Shown: positions 39,439-51,088 of the stretch, piece by piece | Layout of the letters: every line of letters begins with the position of its first letter | How positions within the stretch are numbered: the first letter of the stretch is position 1 | NCBI GenBank assembly: GCA_963739455.1 | Contig: CAVUAK010000001.1 | Coordinates: forward strand, 2,208,001-2,272,000 | Origin: an uncultured Gemmatimonadales bacterium | GTDB taxonomy: Bacteria; Gemmatimonadota; Gemmatimonadetes; Gemmatimonadales; GWC2-71-9 | Length of the DNA stretch: 64,000 nucleotides | Direction: 5' to 3' | Program-made: the position numbers and the translations under genes | Notes under the pieces: generated by a model | The model's input: only the letters and a program-made list of their open reading frames with translations | What the model was told of the DNA's origin: nothing | Database searches by the model: none

Positions 39439-41411
39439 ACCGCACCGCCAAGCGCATTTCCTTCCTGCAGGGCTGCTTCGCGCTGGCACTCGCGAGCATC
39501 ATTTTTCGCGCGGGGCAGTTGCAGCTGGTCGAGGGGAGCTACTGGTCGGCGCAGGCGGAATCGCGGCGCACCGCGCGTGACACGCTCGAGGCGAGGCGCG
39601 GGTCGATCTACGATCGTCGCGGGGTGCAGCTGGCGGTGACGCAGGAGTTCTATCACGTCGGCATCGCGCCGAACGAGGTCGTGGACCGGCGGGTGCTGGT
39701 GCAGGCGGCGTCGCGCGCGCTGGATGTGGGAGCGGGGGAGCTGCAGCGAAAGCTGCGGGCGGGGAAGTACATGTACTTCTACGGCCCGTACACCGCGACG
39801 CAGATCGAGCCGCTGCGACAGCTCAAGGGGGTTCACCTCGAGGGCAGCTTCCGCCGCGACTATCCGTCGTCGCTGGCGGCACCGGTCATCGGGCGGCTCC
39901 CACCCGACAGCACGCGAGGCGGCTCCGGGCTCGAGCGCGCGCTCGATGGCCTGCTGACCGGCACGCCCGGCGAGGCCGTGTTCCTGCGCGACCGCGTAGG
40001 CCGCCGGCTCGAGTCGCCGGCCCGGAAGATCAGTGACCCGGTGCCGGGCAATGACGTGTGGCTGACGCTCGATGCGGAGCTGCAGGACATCGCCGAGCGC
40101 GAGCTCGAGGACGCGATCCGTGAGCTGGGTGCCAAGGGCGGCGACGTGGTGGTGCTCGATCCGCGCTCCGGGGAATTGCTTGCGGTGGCGTCGCGCCAGG
40201 CCGGGGTCGACGGCGCCGCTGCCAGCCCGACCGCGTTCACCAGCCCCTTCGAGCCGGGATCGACAGCGAAGCTCTTCACGGCGGCGGCGCTGCTGCGGCT
40301 GGACAAGGTGGACAGCACCGACCGCGTGAGCGGCGAGGGCGGCGACTACCTGATGCCGCTCTCGCACGGGCCACCGCGGAAGATCCACGACGAGCACAAG
40401 ATCACGGGGATGATGACGCTGGCCGACGCCATCAAGATGTCGAGCAATATCGGCATGGCGAAGTTCTCCCAGCGCCTGAGCACGACGGAACAGTTCGAGG
40501 CCCTGCGCGACTTCGGGTTCGGCAGTCCCACCGGCGTCGAGTTTCCGTCCGAGTCGCGCGGCCAGCTCCAGAACCCCGAGCGCATGATCCCCGACTATTC
40601 CCGCGCCAGCATGGCGATGGGCTACGAGATCGGTGTCACGGCGCTGCAGCTGGCGGTGGCGTACGCGGCGATTGCGAACGACGGCGTGCTGGTGACGCCG
40701 ACGCTGGTGCGCGAGGTGCGGAACCCTGCGGGACAACTGCTCTACCAGCACCAGCCGGAGCCGGTGCGCCGGGTCATCTCCCTCGAGGTCGCGGCCAAGC
40801 TCCAGGACTACCTGCGCAGCGTGGTCGAGGAAGGTGGCGGCACCGGTGACAAGGCGCGACTGGCCAACTACGAGCTGGCGGGCAAGACTGGAACGGCACG
40901 CCGCTTCGAGGGAAGGTCGTACGCGAACAAGGGATACCGCGCCTCGTTCGCGGCGTACTTCCCGGCGAAGGATCCGCAGCTGGTGCTGGTCGTGACGATC
41001 GACGACCCGACGAAGGGTTCCTACTTCGGCGGGGCCACCGCGGCGCCGCTGACGAAGCGGATGCTCGAGCAGGCGCTCGCGTCCCGCTACATCTCGATCG
41101 ACCGCGCGCGGCTTGGTGGTACCACCGCTGCCGTGGCCGCCCGGCTGCCGGCCCCGGCGCCGCGTGCCGATGCGGTGGCGTCGGTGACGCGTGTCAGCTG
41201 GCCCTATCGCCCACCCGACTCGACCACGGCGAAGCCGGTCGCCATCGTGCCCGACGTGAGCGGGCGCGGCGTCCGCGCGGCGGTGCTCTCGGTGCACCAG
41301 CGCGGGTTCCGCGCGAGCGTGAAGGGCACCGGGCATGTCGTGCGCACCGATCCCGTGGCCGGAAGCACGGTGAGCACCGGCACCGTGGTCACCATCTGGA
41401 CCGGCGAGTGA
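39435..41411 (+). CDS. ftsI: Class B penicillin-binding protein with C-terminal PASTA-like domain
   Basis: RGSIYDR, FEPGSTAK (SxxK), SSN, GKTGT; IVPDVSG PASTA start. Confidence 0.9.
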   Translation: MNRTAKRISFLQGCFALALASIIFRAGQLQLVEGSYWSAQAESRRTARDTLEARRGSIYDRRGVQLAVTQEFYHVGIAPNEVVDRRVLVQAASRALDVGAGELQRKLRAGKYMYFYGPYTATQIEPLRQLKGVHLEGSFRRDYPSSLAAPVIGRLPPDSTRGGSGLERALDGLLTGTPGEAVFLRDRVGRRLESPARKISDPVPGNDVWLTLDAELQDIAERELEDAIRELGAKGGDVVVLDPRSGELLAVASRQAGVDGAAASPTAFTSPFEPGSTAKLFTAAALLRLDKVDSTDRVSGEGGDYLMPLSHGPPRKIHDEHKITGMMTLADAIKMSSNIGMAKFSQRLSTTEQFEALRDFGFGSPTGVEFPSESRGQLQNPERMIPDYSRASMAMGYEIGVTALQLAVAYAAIANDGVLVTPTLVREVRNPAGQLLYQHQPEPVRRVISLEVAAKLQDYLRSVVEEGGGTGDKARLANYELAGKTGTARRFEGRSYANKGYRASFAAYFPAKDPQLVLVVTIDDPTKGSYFGGATAAPLTKRMLEQALASRYISIDRARLGGTTAAVAARLPAPAPRADAVASVTRVSWPYRPPDSTTAKPVAIVPDVSGRGVRAAVLSVHQRGFRASVKGTGHVVRTDPVAGSTVSTGTVVTIWTGE

Positions 41412-42862
41412 CCGTGCCCGCGCGAGCACTGCTCGACAGCCTGCGGCGCGCCGACCTGCTGGTGGAGGCTGATGCGCTGCCGGCGGTGACGGGGATCGGC
41501 ACCGACAGCCGGAGCGTGACGCCGGGGCTGCTCTACGTGGCGGTGCGCGGATCGCAGGCCGACGGACACCGCTTCATTCCCGATGCCCTGGCGCGCGGAG
41601 CGGCCGGCGTCGTGGTGGAGGCGCGACAGCAGCTTGCCGCACCGCAGGTGGTGGTGCGCGATGGCCGCCGTGCCGCGCTGGTGCTCGCACGCGAGTGGTT
41701 CGGCGACCCGGCCGCGGACCTGCAACTCGTCGGCGTGACCGGTACCAACGGCAAGACCACCACCACGGCGCTGGTGCGTCACCTGTTCAACGCCGAGGGC
41801 ACCGCGGCCAGCATCGGGACGCTCGGCGCGTTCGATGGCCAGGGCGACAGCGTGGAGTCCACCGCGGGCTCGCTCACGACACCGGGCCCGGTGGACCTCC
41901 AGGCGACATTCCGTGCGCTGCGCGATCGCGGCTGTACCACCGTGGCCATGGAGACGTCGTCGCACAGCCTCGACCAGGGGCGGCTCGATGGGCTGGCGTT
42001 TGCGGCCGGCATCTTCACCAACCTCACCCGCGACCATCTCGACTATCACGGCACCATGGAGGCCTACCTCGCCGCCAAGCTCAAGCTGGCGACGCTGCTC
42101 CGGATCGGTGGTACCGAGGTGGTGAACATCGACGATCCGGCCTGGACGGCACTGCCCGGCGGTGACCGCCGCGTCACCTTCGGGCTGGCCCCGGACGCCG
42201 ACGTGCGCGCGGCGCACCTCGAGCTGGCTGCGGCGGGCAGCCGCTTCCTGCTGGACGGGCAGTTCGGGTGCGCCGAGGTGGCGTTGCCGCTCCTGGGTGA
42301 CTTCAACGTGGCCAACGCGCTGGCTGCAGCGGCGTGTGCGCTGGCGCTCGGTCACCCGATTGCCGACGTGGCGACGCGGCTCAGCGCGGCGCCGCAGGTG
42401 CCGGGGCGGATGGAACTCATCAGCGATCGTCCCTGCGCGGTGCTGCGCGACTACGCGCACACCCCCGACGCGCTGGAGCGCGCGCTCCGCACGCTCCGCC
42501 CACTGACGCCGGGGCGCATCATCGTGGTCTTCGGTTGTGGCGGCGACCGCGACCGGGGCAAGCGCCCGATCATGGGCCAGCTGGCCGCGGAACTGGCCGA
42601 CCTGCCGGTGGTGACGTCGGACAACCCGCGCACGGAAAATCCCGACGCGATCATCGACGACGTGGAGCAGGGCATGGGTTCGGTGCCGCGACTGCGCATC
42701 GCCGACCGGCGCCTGGCGATTGCAGCGGCACTGAACGAGGCGCGCCCTGGCGACACACTACTGCTCGCCGGCAAGGGCCACGAGACCTACCAGGTGATCG
42801 GCACCGAGAAGCAGCCCTTCGACGAGCGCGAAATCGTGCTCGCGGCGCTCGGCACCAGATGA
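41408..42862 (+). CDS. murE: UDP-MurNAc-tripeptide synthetase
   Basis: GVTGTNGKTT, METSSH, DHLDYH, DYAHTPD, TSDNPR, AGKGHE. Confidence 0.95.
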   Translation: MTVPARALLDSLRRADLLVEADALPAVTGIGTDSRSVTPGLLYVAVRGSQADGHRFIPDALARGAAGVVVEARQQLAAPQVVVRDGRRAALVLAREWFGDPAADLQLVGVTGTNGKTTTTALVRHLFNAEGTAASIGTLGAFDGQGDSVESTAGSLTTPGPVDLQATFRALRDRGCTTVAMETSSHSLDQGRLDGLAFAAGIFTNLTRDHLDYHGTMEAYLAAKLKLATLLRIGGTEVVNIDDPAWTALPGGDRRVTFGLAPDADVRAAHLELAAAGSRFLLDGQFGCAEVALPLLGDFNVANALAAAACALALGHPIADVATRLSAAPQVPGRMELISDRPCAVLRDYAHTPDALERALRTLRPLTPGRIIVVFGCGGDRDRGKRPIMGQLAAELADLPVVTSDNPRTENPDAIIDDVEQGMGSVPRLRIADRRLAIAAALNEARPGDTLLLAGKGHETYQVIGTEKQPFDEREIVLAALGTR

Positions 42863-44214
42863 GTCCCTGGACCGCTGCGTTGATCCAGCAGGCACTCGGG
42901 CTTGCGGCGCGCCCGACAACCGCATCATGGACGGCCGTCTCCACCGATACCAGGAGCATCGAACCCGGGGCACTCTTCCTGGCGCTGGTGGGTGAGCGTT
43001 TCGACGGGCACAACTACCTCGCGGCCGCGCGCGACCAGGGCGCCACTTCCGCCGTGGTGCGCCGTGGCACGGCGCCGGTGCCGGGTCTCGAGCTGCTCGA
43101 GGTGGACGACACGCTTCGTGCCTACGGCGACATTGCACGGGCACGCCGCCGCCTTGCTCAAGGGACCGGTGGTGTGCGTCACCGGAAACAATGGCAAGAC
43201 GACGGTGAAGGAGATGGTGGCGACGGTGCTCCGGACGCGCTTCCGGGTGCACGCAACGCGGGCCAACAACAACAACCTCGTCGGGGTGCCGCTCACGATC
43301 ATCGAGGCGCCATGGGACGTCGAGGCACTCGTCATCGAGGGCGGCGGCAACATCCCAGGCGAGTTGCCGCGCTACCGGGAGATCATCGAACCGACGATCA
43401 CGGTCGCGACCAATGCCACCGAGGGTCACCTCGAGGGGTATGGATCACTCGAAGCCATCGTGGCTGACACTGTCGCGGTGACCGCAGGGGTTGCGCTCGC
43501 CGTGGTGGGAATGGAACCGCGGTCGCTGGCAGAGGGTGCGCGCCGCGTTGCCGGGAAGGTGATCACCGTCGGGTGGCAGGACGCGGACCGGGTTCCCGAG
43601 GTGCTCGGCAGCGACGCGCTGGCCCGGCCCCGCGTGCGCCTGGCGGGGCAGGAGGTCCAGTTGCCACTTCCCGGCAGGCACCAGGCGCTCAATGCCGAGT
43701 TCGCGTGGGCGGTGGCGCCAGGCAGCCGGCATCAGCGGCGAGGCGGCGGCGAAGGCCCTCGCGACGGTGACGGTGCCGGGGGGCCGGAGCGAACTGAGCC
43801 AGGTGGGCTCGCTCACCATCCTGAACGACTGCTACAACGCGAACCCGCACTCATTCGCGGCCTCGATCGCCACGGCAGGCGAACTGCGCCGCGGCCGGCG
43901 GCTGGTGTTCGTGGCGGGCACGATGCGCGAACTCGGGCCCGACGCCGAACGACTGCATCGAGGAGGTGGCCGCACAGATCGTGGCGCTCGATCCCGAGCT
44001 GATCGCGGCGGTGGGCGAGTTCGTGCCAGCCTTCCAGCGGTGGGCAGGGACGCTGGGCGAGCGGCTCATCACCGCCGACGATGCCCCCGCCATGGGTCCG
44101 CTGCTCGCATCGCGGCTTCGCGGCGATGAAGTCCTCGTGCTGAAAGGGTCCCGCGGGGCAGCGCTCGAACGTATACTTCCGGCCATTACTGGCCGTGCCG
44201 CCGCCCCGCACTGA
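42859..44214 (+). CDS. murF: UDP-MurNAc-pentapeptide synthetase (three frameshifts)
   Basis: STDTR, GERFDGH, TGNNGKTTVKE, NNLVGVP, NDCYNANP, LKGSRG spread over successive frames. Confidence 0.9.
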
Positions 44215-44220
44215 GGCCCG

Positions 44221-45349
44221 ATGCTCTACTACCTGCTCGCTCCGCTGGGCAAGAAGTATCTCCTCTTCAACCTCATCAACTACCTGAGCTTCCGCGCGGC
44301 GGCCGCGATGGTCACCGCGCTGCTGATCGCGTTCCTGGTGGGCCCGGGCATCATCGCGCGGCTCCGGGCGCACAAGGTGGGGCAGGTGATCCGCGCCGAG
44401 GGGCCCGCCAGCCACCAGGGCAAGCGCGGCACGCCGACGATGGGCGGGATCATCATCCTGCTCGCGACGGTCATCCCGACGCTGCTCTGGGCCCGGCTGG
44501 AGAATCGCGCGGTGCTCTTCGCGCTGCTGTCGATTCTCTGGATGGGCGGCATCGGGTTCATCGATGACTACCTCAAGATCGTGCAGGGCAAGTCGCGCGG
44601 GCTGGTGGCGCGCTGGAAGCTGGTGGGGCAGTGCTCCTTCGGCATCGCGCTCGGGCGTCCTGCTCTATCGCTATCCAGTCGTACCGGTAGATACCATCCC
44701 GGCGACTGCCACGACCCTGCCTTTCTTCAAGTACCTCGTGGTCAACTTCTCGCCACTGGTGTTCGTCGCCTTCGTGACGCTGGTCATCACCGGCAGCAGC
44801 AATGCGGTGAACCTGACGGACGGCCTCGACGGACTGGCGGCCGGGCTCTCGGCCATTGCCGCGTTCGGCTTCGCGGTGTTCGCCTACCTGCTGGGCCGCG
44901 TCGACTCCACCGGCTACCTCTACCTCTTCTACCTGCCGGGTGCCGGGGAGATCGCCGTCTTCTGTGCCGCGCTCATGGGTGCGTGCATCGGCTTCCTCTG
45001 GTTCAACGCGCACCCGGCCCAGGTGTTCATGGGCGACACGGGCAGCCTCGCCATCGGTGGCGCATTCGGGGCGGTGGCGATCCTGCTCAAGGCGGAGTTC
45101 CTGCTGCTGCTGATCGGCGGGGTGTTCGTGGCGGAGGCGCTGTCGGTGATGGCGCAGACGTCGGTGTACAAGTGGTTCCGTCGCACGCGAGGGAAAGAGT
45201 ACGCCGATGCGCATCGCGTCTTCCGCATGGCACCGCTGCATCATCACTTCGAGAAGCTGGGCTGGCACGAGACCACGGTGGTGACCCGCTTCTACATCCT
45301 CGGCATCTTCTGCGCGCTGCTGGCGCTCTCCACCCTCAAGCTCCGGTGA
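44221..45349 (+). CDS. mraY: Phospho-MurNAc-pentapeptide transferase (frameshift near 44655)
   Basis: TPTMGG, GFIDDY, NAVNLTDGLDG, FMGDTGS, MAPLHHHFE. Confidence 0.95.
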
Positions 45350-46702
45350 CACTGCTCGACGACCTCCGCGCGGAGGGCAGGGAGACGCGATCATCGGGCT
45401 GGGCAAGAGCGGTGTCGCGGCGGGCCTGCTGCTGCGCGACCACGCGGTGCCGGTGTACGCCTCGGAAATCAGGGACAGCGACACTACGCAGAAGTGGGCA
45501 GGCACGCTGCGCGCCGCCGGTGCGGAGGTGGAGCTTGGCGCTCACGACCTCGCGCGCATCGCGCGCGCGGGCACCGTGATCGTGGCGCCGGGCGTGCCGC
45601 CGGAAGCGCCGCCGATCCGGGCCGCCGCCGACGCGAACATCCCGATCCTGGCGGAAGTGGATCTCGGCTTCACGGCGCTGCCCACGACCAGGTTCGTGGC
45701 GCTGACCGGCACCAACGGCAAGACCACGACGACGTCGCTGGTGGCTCACCTCATGACGGCCACCGGGCTCGACGCCGTGGCGGCAGGCAACATCGGGTTG
45801 CCGCTCTCGGAGGTGGCGCGACGCGCGACGCCGCCCGCGTGGGTGGCGCTCGAGCTCTCGTCGTTCCAGTTGCACGACAGCCCACACATCACGCCGCAGG
45901 TCGGCGTGCTGCTCAACCTCTCGTCCAATCATCTCGACCGCTATCACTCCATCGAGGAGTATTTCGGCGACAAGGCGCTGCTCTTCCGGAACGCGGACGC
46001 GGGGTCGGTGTCGGTGAGCAATGCCGATGACGCCGCGGTGCAGGGGATCATGAAGACAGTACCGGGGCGTCACCTGCGCTTCTCGGTGCAGGAGCGTGCC
46101 GATGGATGGTACGACCGCGCCGGCGGCTGGCTGATGCTGGGCGGTGATCGCCTGCTCGAGCGGGGCCGGCTTCCGCTGCTGGGCGACCACAACATCGCCA
46201 ATGCGCTGGTGGCGGGCCTGGTGCTCCGGGAACTGGGTGCCTCGCTCGACGCGATCGCGAAAGGGCTGACTACCTTCCGGGCAATTCCGCACCGGGTCGA
46301 GCCGGTGCGCGAGGTGAATGGCGTGCTGTGGATCAACGACTCGAAGTCCACCAACGTCACGTCCACCGAGGTGGCGATCGCGGCAGCTCGACCGGCCGTT
46401 CGTGCTGCTGCTGGGCGGGCGGCACAAGGGTGAGCCGTACACGAGGCTCGGGCCGCTGCTGCGCCCCCGGTGTCGCGCGGTGGTGGCGTACGGCGAGTCG
46501 GGCGACCAGATCGAGCGGGACCTGCATGGTGCGGTGCGCGTGGTGCGCGCGGGCACCTTCACGAACGTGGTGGAGACGGCGGCCAGCCTGGCCCAGCGCG
46601 GCGACGCGGTGCTCCTCTCTCCCGGCCTGTTCCAGCTACGACATGTTCAACAACTACGAGGAGCGCGGAGACACGTTCCGCGCGCTGGTCGAGGCGCTCT
46701 GA
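45346..46702 (+). CDS. murD: UDP-MurNAc-L-Ala--D-Glu ligase (frameshifts)
   Basis: IIGLGKSG, TGTNGKTTT, AGNIG, ELSSFQL, NDSKSTN, SSYDMFNNYEERG. Confidence 0.92.
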
Positions 46703-47875
46703 TGGCAGCACCAATGGTTCGGCACCCTGGCGAGCTGAGGTGGGAAACGCGACTGCTCGCCGTCGTGGTGCTGACGCTGCTCGTGTTCGGCATCGCCACC
46801 GTGTATGGTGCGGCCGGACTCCAGACGAAGGGGGCGGGGCTCAACATCGCGCTGAGCCAGCTCTCCGGCGCGCTGATCGGCGGAATCCTGCTGGTGGCGG
46901 TCGCGCGGGTGGACTACCGGGTGTGGCAGCGCTTCGCCTGGCCGTTGCTCCTCGTCACCATCGGCTTCCTCATCATTCCGCTGCTTCCGTTCACGTACAG
47001 CATCGCGCCGCTCATCAACGGCGCGCGGCGCTGGGTACAGATCGGGCCCCTCCGACTGCAGCCCTCCGAGCTGGCGCGACTCGCCGTCGTCATCTGGTGC
47101 GCGATGCTCGCGGCCCGGAAGGGCGACGCAGTGCGCGGCTTCAAGAAGGGTGTGCTGCCGTTCCTGGTGGGGATGGGCGCGCTCTCGGGGCTCATCGTGC
47201 TCGAGCCCAACATGTCGATGGCGACACTGGTGGCGCTCTGCGGCGCGATGGTGCTCTTCTCGGCGGGCGCCAAGCTGGGACACTTCATGCTGCTCGGCCT
47301 GGGGGCGATGCTGCTCGCGGCCCAGGCGGTGATCATGACGCCATACCGGATGAAGCGCGTGCTCGCGTTCATCGACCCCGACAAGGTGGGCGCCGACGCG
47401 CATCACCAGATCAACGAATCGATCATCGGCGTGGGCGCCGGCCGCTTTCTCGGCGTGGGTTTCGGCGAGGGACAGCAGAAGTTCCACCTGCCCTATGCCT
47501 ACTCCGACTTCCTCTTCAGCACGATCGCGGAGGAATGGGGCTTCGTGGGCGTGTGTCCTCGTGGTGCTGCTCTTCTCGCTGTTCTGCTGGCTTGGCTTCC
47601 GCATCGCGCGCACGGCGGCGGACACGTTCGGCCAGTACCTCGCCGTGGGACTCACCAGTGCTGTCGGGCTGACGGCGTTCCTGCACATGGCGGTGTCGCT
47701 CGGCCTGATGCCGACCACGGGGCTGACGCTGCCGTTCATGTCGTACGGGCGGACGAGCCTGGTCATTTCGCTGGTCGGCGCGGGAATCCTGATCAACATC
47801 GGGCGGATGCGGGGGAAGCCGGCACCCAGAACCGCGGGGAACAGGGAACAGGGAACAGGGAACAGGAACTCGTGA
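46702..47875 (+). CDS. ftsW: Peptidoglycan polymerase FtsW (frameshift near 47557)
   Basis: NGARRW, LQPSELA, DFLFSTIAEEWG, PTTGLTLPFMSYG. Confidence 0.92.
47837..47869 (+). repeat. Tandem heptamer GGGAACA x4 at the ftsW 3' end
   Basis: GGGAACA GGGAACA GGGAACA GGGAACA GGAAC. Confidence 0.85.
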
Positions 47876-48985
47876 GTCCCAAGGTGCACTCCTCGGGCTC
47901 ACGCATCCTCATCGCGGGTGGCGGGACCGGCGGGCACCTCATGCCGGCGCTTGTCGGTGGCGGAGGCACTGCGCTCGATGCCGGCGGGCTTCGAGCCGGT
48001 GCTGATCGGCGCGCAGCGCGGCGTCGAGGCGAAGCTGCTGCAACACCGGAATTTCCGGTATCACCTCCTGCCCGCCGAGCCGATCTACCGGCGCCAGTGG
48101 TGGAAGAATGCCCGCTGGTCATTCGCCGGAATCAACCTGCTCCGAAAGTTGAGCAAGCTGTTCCGCGAGGAGCATCCGGTGGCAGTGCTGGGCACCGGCG
48201 GCTATGCGAGCGCCCCGGTGGTGTGGTGGGCCAGCCGCCTCGGCATCCCGACGGCGATCCAGGAACAGAATGCGTATCCGGGGCTGTCGAACCGGTGGCT
48301 GGCGAAGCGAGTGCAGGAGATTTATCTCGGCCTGCCGGAGGCGATGTCGCACTTCGACAAGGGCACCACGGCGCGGATGATCGAGACCGGCAACCCGATC
48401 GCGCCGCCGACACCTGGCCGGGCGGAGCATGCGCGACTGCGCTTCGGCCTCAAGCCGGGGCGCCGGACAGTGCTCATCACCGGTGGGAGCCAGGGCGCGC
48501 TCGCGATCAATGCGGCGGTGGCCGACTGGATCGGGGCAGGAGAGCCGCGCGGTGTGGACATCCTCTGGGTGACCGGCTCCAGCACGTACGAGCAGTTCAA
48601 GCACTTCCACGAGCCGCCGCATGTGCAGGTCATTTCCTTCCTCGACCCGATGGCCGACGGCTACGCGGTGGCCGACCTGGTGGTGTCGCGCGCCGGGATG
48701 ATCACCATCGCCGAGCTGTGCGCGTGGGGGCTGCCCGGCATCCTGATCCCGCTTCCCACCGCAGCGGCCGACCACCAGACGGGCAATGCCCGGGCAATGG
48801 AGATGGCGGGCGCGGCGGCCCTGCTGCTGCAAAGTGAACTCACCGGCAAGCGCCTGGGGGAGGAGATCGGGCGCCTGTTCGAGTTCCCCGAGGCACGGCG
48901 CGAGATGGCGGATCAGGCCCGGAAGCGGGGCCGGCCCGACGCTGCGCGCGACATCGCCGGCCGGCTGGCCGCCCTGGCTGGGTAA
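47872..48985 (+). CDS. murG: Lipid II GlcNAc transferase (frameshift near 47952)
   Basis: AGGGTGGH, GTGGYAS, EQNAYPG, GNP, GGSQGA, SRAG, DHQTGNA. Confidence 0.93.
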
Positions 48986-49043
48986 CTGTCCAGTTTCCGG
49001 ACTGTTCCCGGCGTCACAACTGTCCTAAATTCAGCAAGTTACG

Positions 49044-50417
49044 ATGGATCTTTTCGCCACAGACGACTCGCGTCCGGTGCATTTCATGGGCATCGGCGGC
49101 GCCGGAATGAGTGCCTTGGCGCTCCTGGCCCGCCGCCGAGGCGTGGTGATCAGCGGCTGCGACAACGACCGCAGCGGGGCTGACGACCTCATCGCGCTGG
49201 GCGTGCCGGTGGCGCAGGGTCATGCCGCGGCGCACGTGCAGGGATGCCGCGCGGTGGTGGTCACGGCGGCGGTGCCCACGGATCATCCGGAATTGCTCGC
49301 GGCGCGCGCGGCGGGCATCCCGGTGGTGCCGCGCAAGGAAGCGCTGGCAGCACTCTGCGCCGGCCGCGAGACCGTGGCGGTGAGCGGCACCCACGGAAAG
49401 ACCAGCACCACCGCGATGGCGACCGAGGCGCTCATCGAGGCGGGTCTCGACCCGACCGGCCTTGCCGGCGGACGAGTGTCCACCTGGGGCGGGAATGCGC
49501 GGGTTGGAGCCGACCAGCTCTTCGTGGTGGAAGCTGATGAGTACGACCAGGCGTTCCTGGCGCTCTCTCCCACGGTCGCGATCGTCAACAACGTCGAGGC
49601 AGACCATCTCGAGTGCTACGGCTCCCTCGAGGCGCTGGAGACAGCTTTCGTAACCTTTGCGTCGCGCGCCAGGGTAGCAATCGTCGGCATCGACGATCCT
49701 GGCGCCGCGCGGATCGCTGCGCGGCTCAGCAACAAGGTGGTCCGGTTCGGCGTGAGCAGCGAGGCGGACGCGCGCCTGCATGACATTACGCAGCGCCCCG
49801 ATCACACACATGCTCGCGTGCGCTTCGCGGACGGCGGTGAAATCGGGCTGACGCTGCACGTGCCGGGACTGCACAACCTTCGCAACGCGACGGCGGCATT
49901 GCTCGCGGTGGACGCGGTTGGCGGCGACCTGGAGGCCGCGGTCACGGCGCTCTCGCGGTACCGCGGCGTCGGGCGGCGGTTCGAGCGGGTGGGTGTTGCC
50001 GGCGGCGTGGACGTGATAGACGACTACGCCCACCATCCCTCGGAACTGGTGGCGACGCTCGAGGCGGCCCGCCAGGTATTTCCGGGACGGCGCCTGGTGG
50101 CTGTGTTCCAGCCGCACCTGTACTCGAGGACCGAACTGCACGGCGACGCGATGGGCACCGCCCTCGCCGCGGCCGACCTGGTCGTCGTCACCGAGATCTA
50201 CGCCGCCCGGGAGCAGCCGGTGCCGGGAGTAACCGGACGCCGGGTGGCCGATGCGGTGAAGGCGGCCGGCGGAACGGTGCACTTCGAAGCCGATCGTGCA
50301 GGGCTGGGACGGGCGGTCGCGTCGCACCTCCGGTCCGGCGACGTCGTGCTGACGATGGGCGCTGGTGACATCACGCGCGTTGGTCCGGAGCTGGTGGGCC
50401 TGCTGCAGCAGCGATGA
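49044..50417 (+). CDS. murC: UDP-MurNAc--L-alanine ligase
   Basis: HFMGIGGAGMS, GTHGKTST, EADEYD, DDYAHHPSE, FQPHLYSRT. Confidence 0.95.
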   Translation: MDLFATDDSRPVHFMGIGGAGMSALALLARRRGVVISGCDNDRSGADDLIALGVPVAQGHAAAHVQGCRAVVVTAAVPTDHPELLAARAAGIPVVPRKEALAALCAGRETVAVSGTHGKTSTTAMATEALIEAGLDPTGLAGGRVSTWGGNARVGADQLFVVEADEYDQAFLALSPTVAIVNNVEADHLECYGSLEALETAFVTFASRARVAIVGIDDPGAARIAARLSNKVVRFGVSSEADARLHDITQRPDHTHARVRFADGGEIGLTLHVPGLHNLRNATAALLAVDAVGGDLEAAVTALSRYRGVGRRFERVGVAGGVDVIDDYAHHPSELVATLEAARQVFPGRRLVAVFQPHLYSRTELHGDAMGTALAAADLVVVTEIYAAREQPVPGVTGRRVADAVKAAGGTVHFEADRAGLGRAVASHLRSGDVVLTMGAGDITRVGPELVGLLQQR

Positions 50418-51088
50418 AGCCGGGCTGGTACGTGCTGGGATCGCTGGTCCTTCTCGGGTTGGGCTGGTTCCTGGCCCCGAAACTCGGCCGGCGTCTCGCC
50501 TTCTTCGACGTGAGGAACGTCGAGGTGGTGGGCGCCCAGTTCGTACCAATGAGTACCATTGTGGGTTCGCTCAAGCTCCCGGCGTCGGCCAGCATCTTCG
50601 ATCCACTCGGGCCGGTGGCGTCGCGAGTGCGCAAGCTCCCAGGCATCAAGGGGGTCGAGATCAGCCGCCGCCTGCCGGGCACGCTGGTGGTACGGGTGAC
50701 GGAAGTGATACCGGTGGCGCTCGCGACCACGAAGGACGGGCTCCGCATGGTGGACGGGCGGGGGCGCACGCTGCCCTTCGATCCCTCGCGCACGGCGCCC
50801 GACCTGCCGGTGATGCCGGTGCCCGACTCGATGGTCGCAGCATTTCTCGGCCGGGTGCGTGAGATCGACCCGGCGTTCTACGCCAAGGTGGACGCGGCGT
50901 GGCAGTCCCAGGGTGACGTGGTGTTGCGGATGCAGGACCATCGCGTCTGGCTCCGGGCCGATGCCGGACCGGCCGACTTGCGCGCGATCAAGCTGGTGGA
51001 ACAGGACCTGGCCCGGCGGGGAAAGCCCTACGCCGAGCTCGACGGACGATTCGCGGACCAGGTGGTGGTCCGCTGGAGCGCGGCATGA
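50414..51088 (+). CDS. ftsQ: Cell division protein FtsQ/DivIB
   Basis: TM helix plus POTRA-like domain (RRLPGTLVVRVTE), ELDGRF; upstream of ftsA. Confidence 0.85.
   Translation: MKPGWYVLGSLVLLGLGWFLAPKLGRRLAFFDVRNVEVVGAQFVPMSTIVGSLKLPASASIFDPLGPVASRVRKLPGIKGVEISRRLPGTLVVRVTEVIPVALATTKDGLRMVDGRGRTLPFDPSRTAPDLPVMPVPDSMVAAFLGRVREIDPAFYAKVDAAWQSQGDVVLRMQDHRVWLRADAGPADLRAIKLVEQDLARRGKPYAELDGRFADQVVVRWSAA

Noticed and set aside
46318..48837. Apparent 839-aa MurD-FtsW-MurG fusion ORF
   Set aside because: It is made of in-frame pieces of three frameshifted genes, each with its own overlapping start and stop.
42859..48985. Pseudogenisation of peptidoglycan genes (cell-wall loss)
   Set aside because: Motifs are intact, no nonsense codons were seen, and the same indel pattern affects unrelated genes; sequencing error is more likely.
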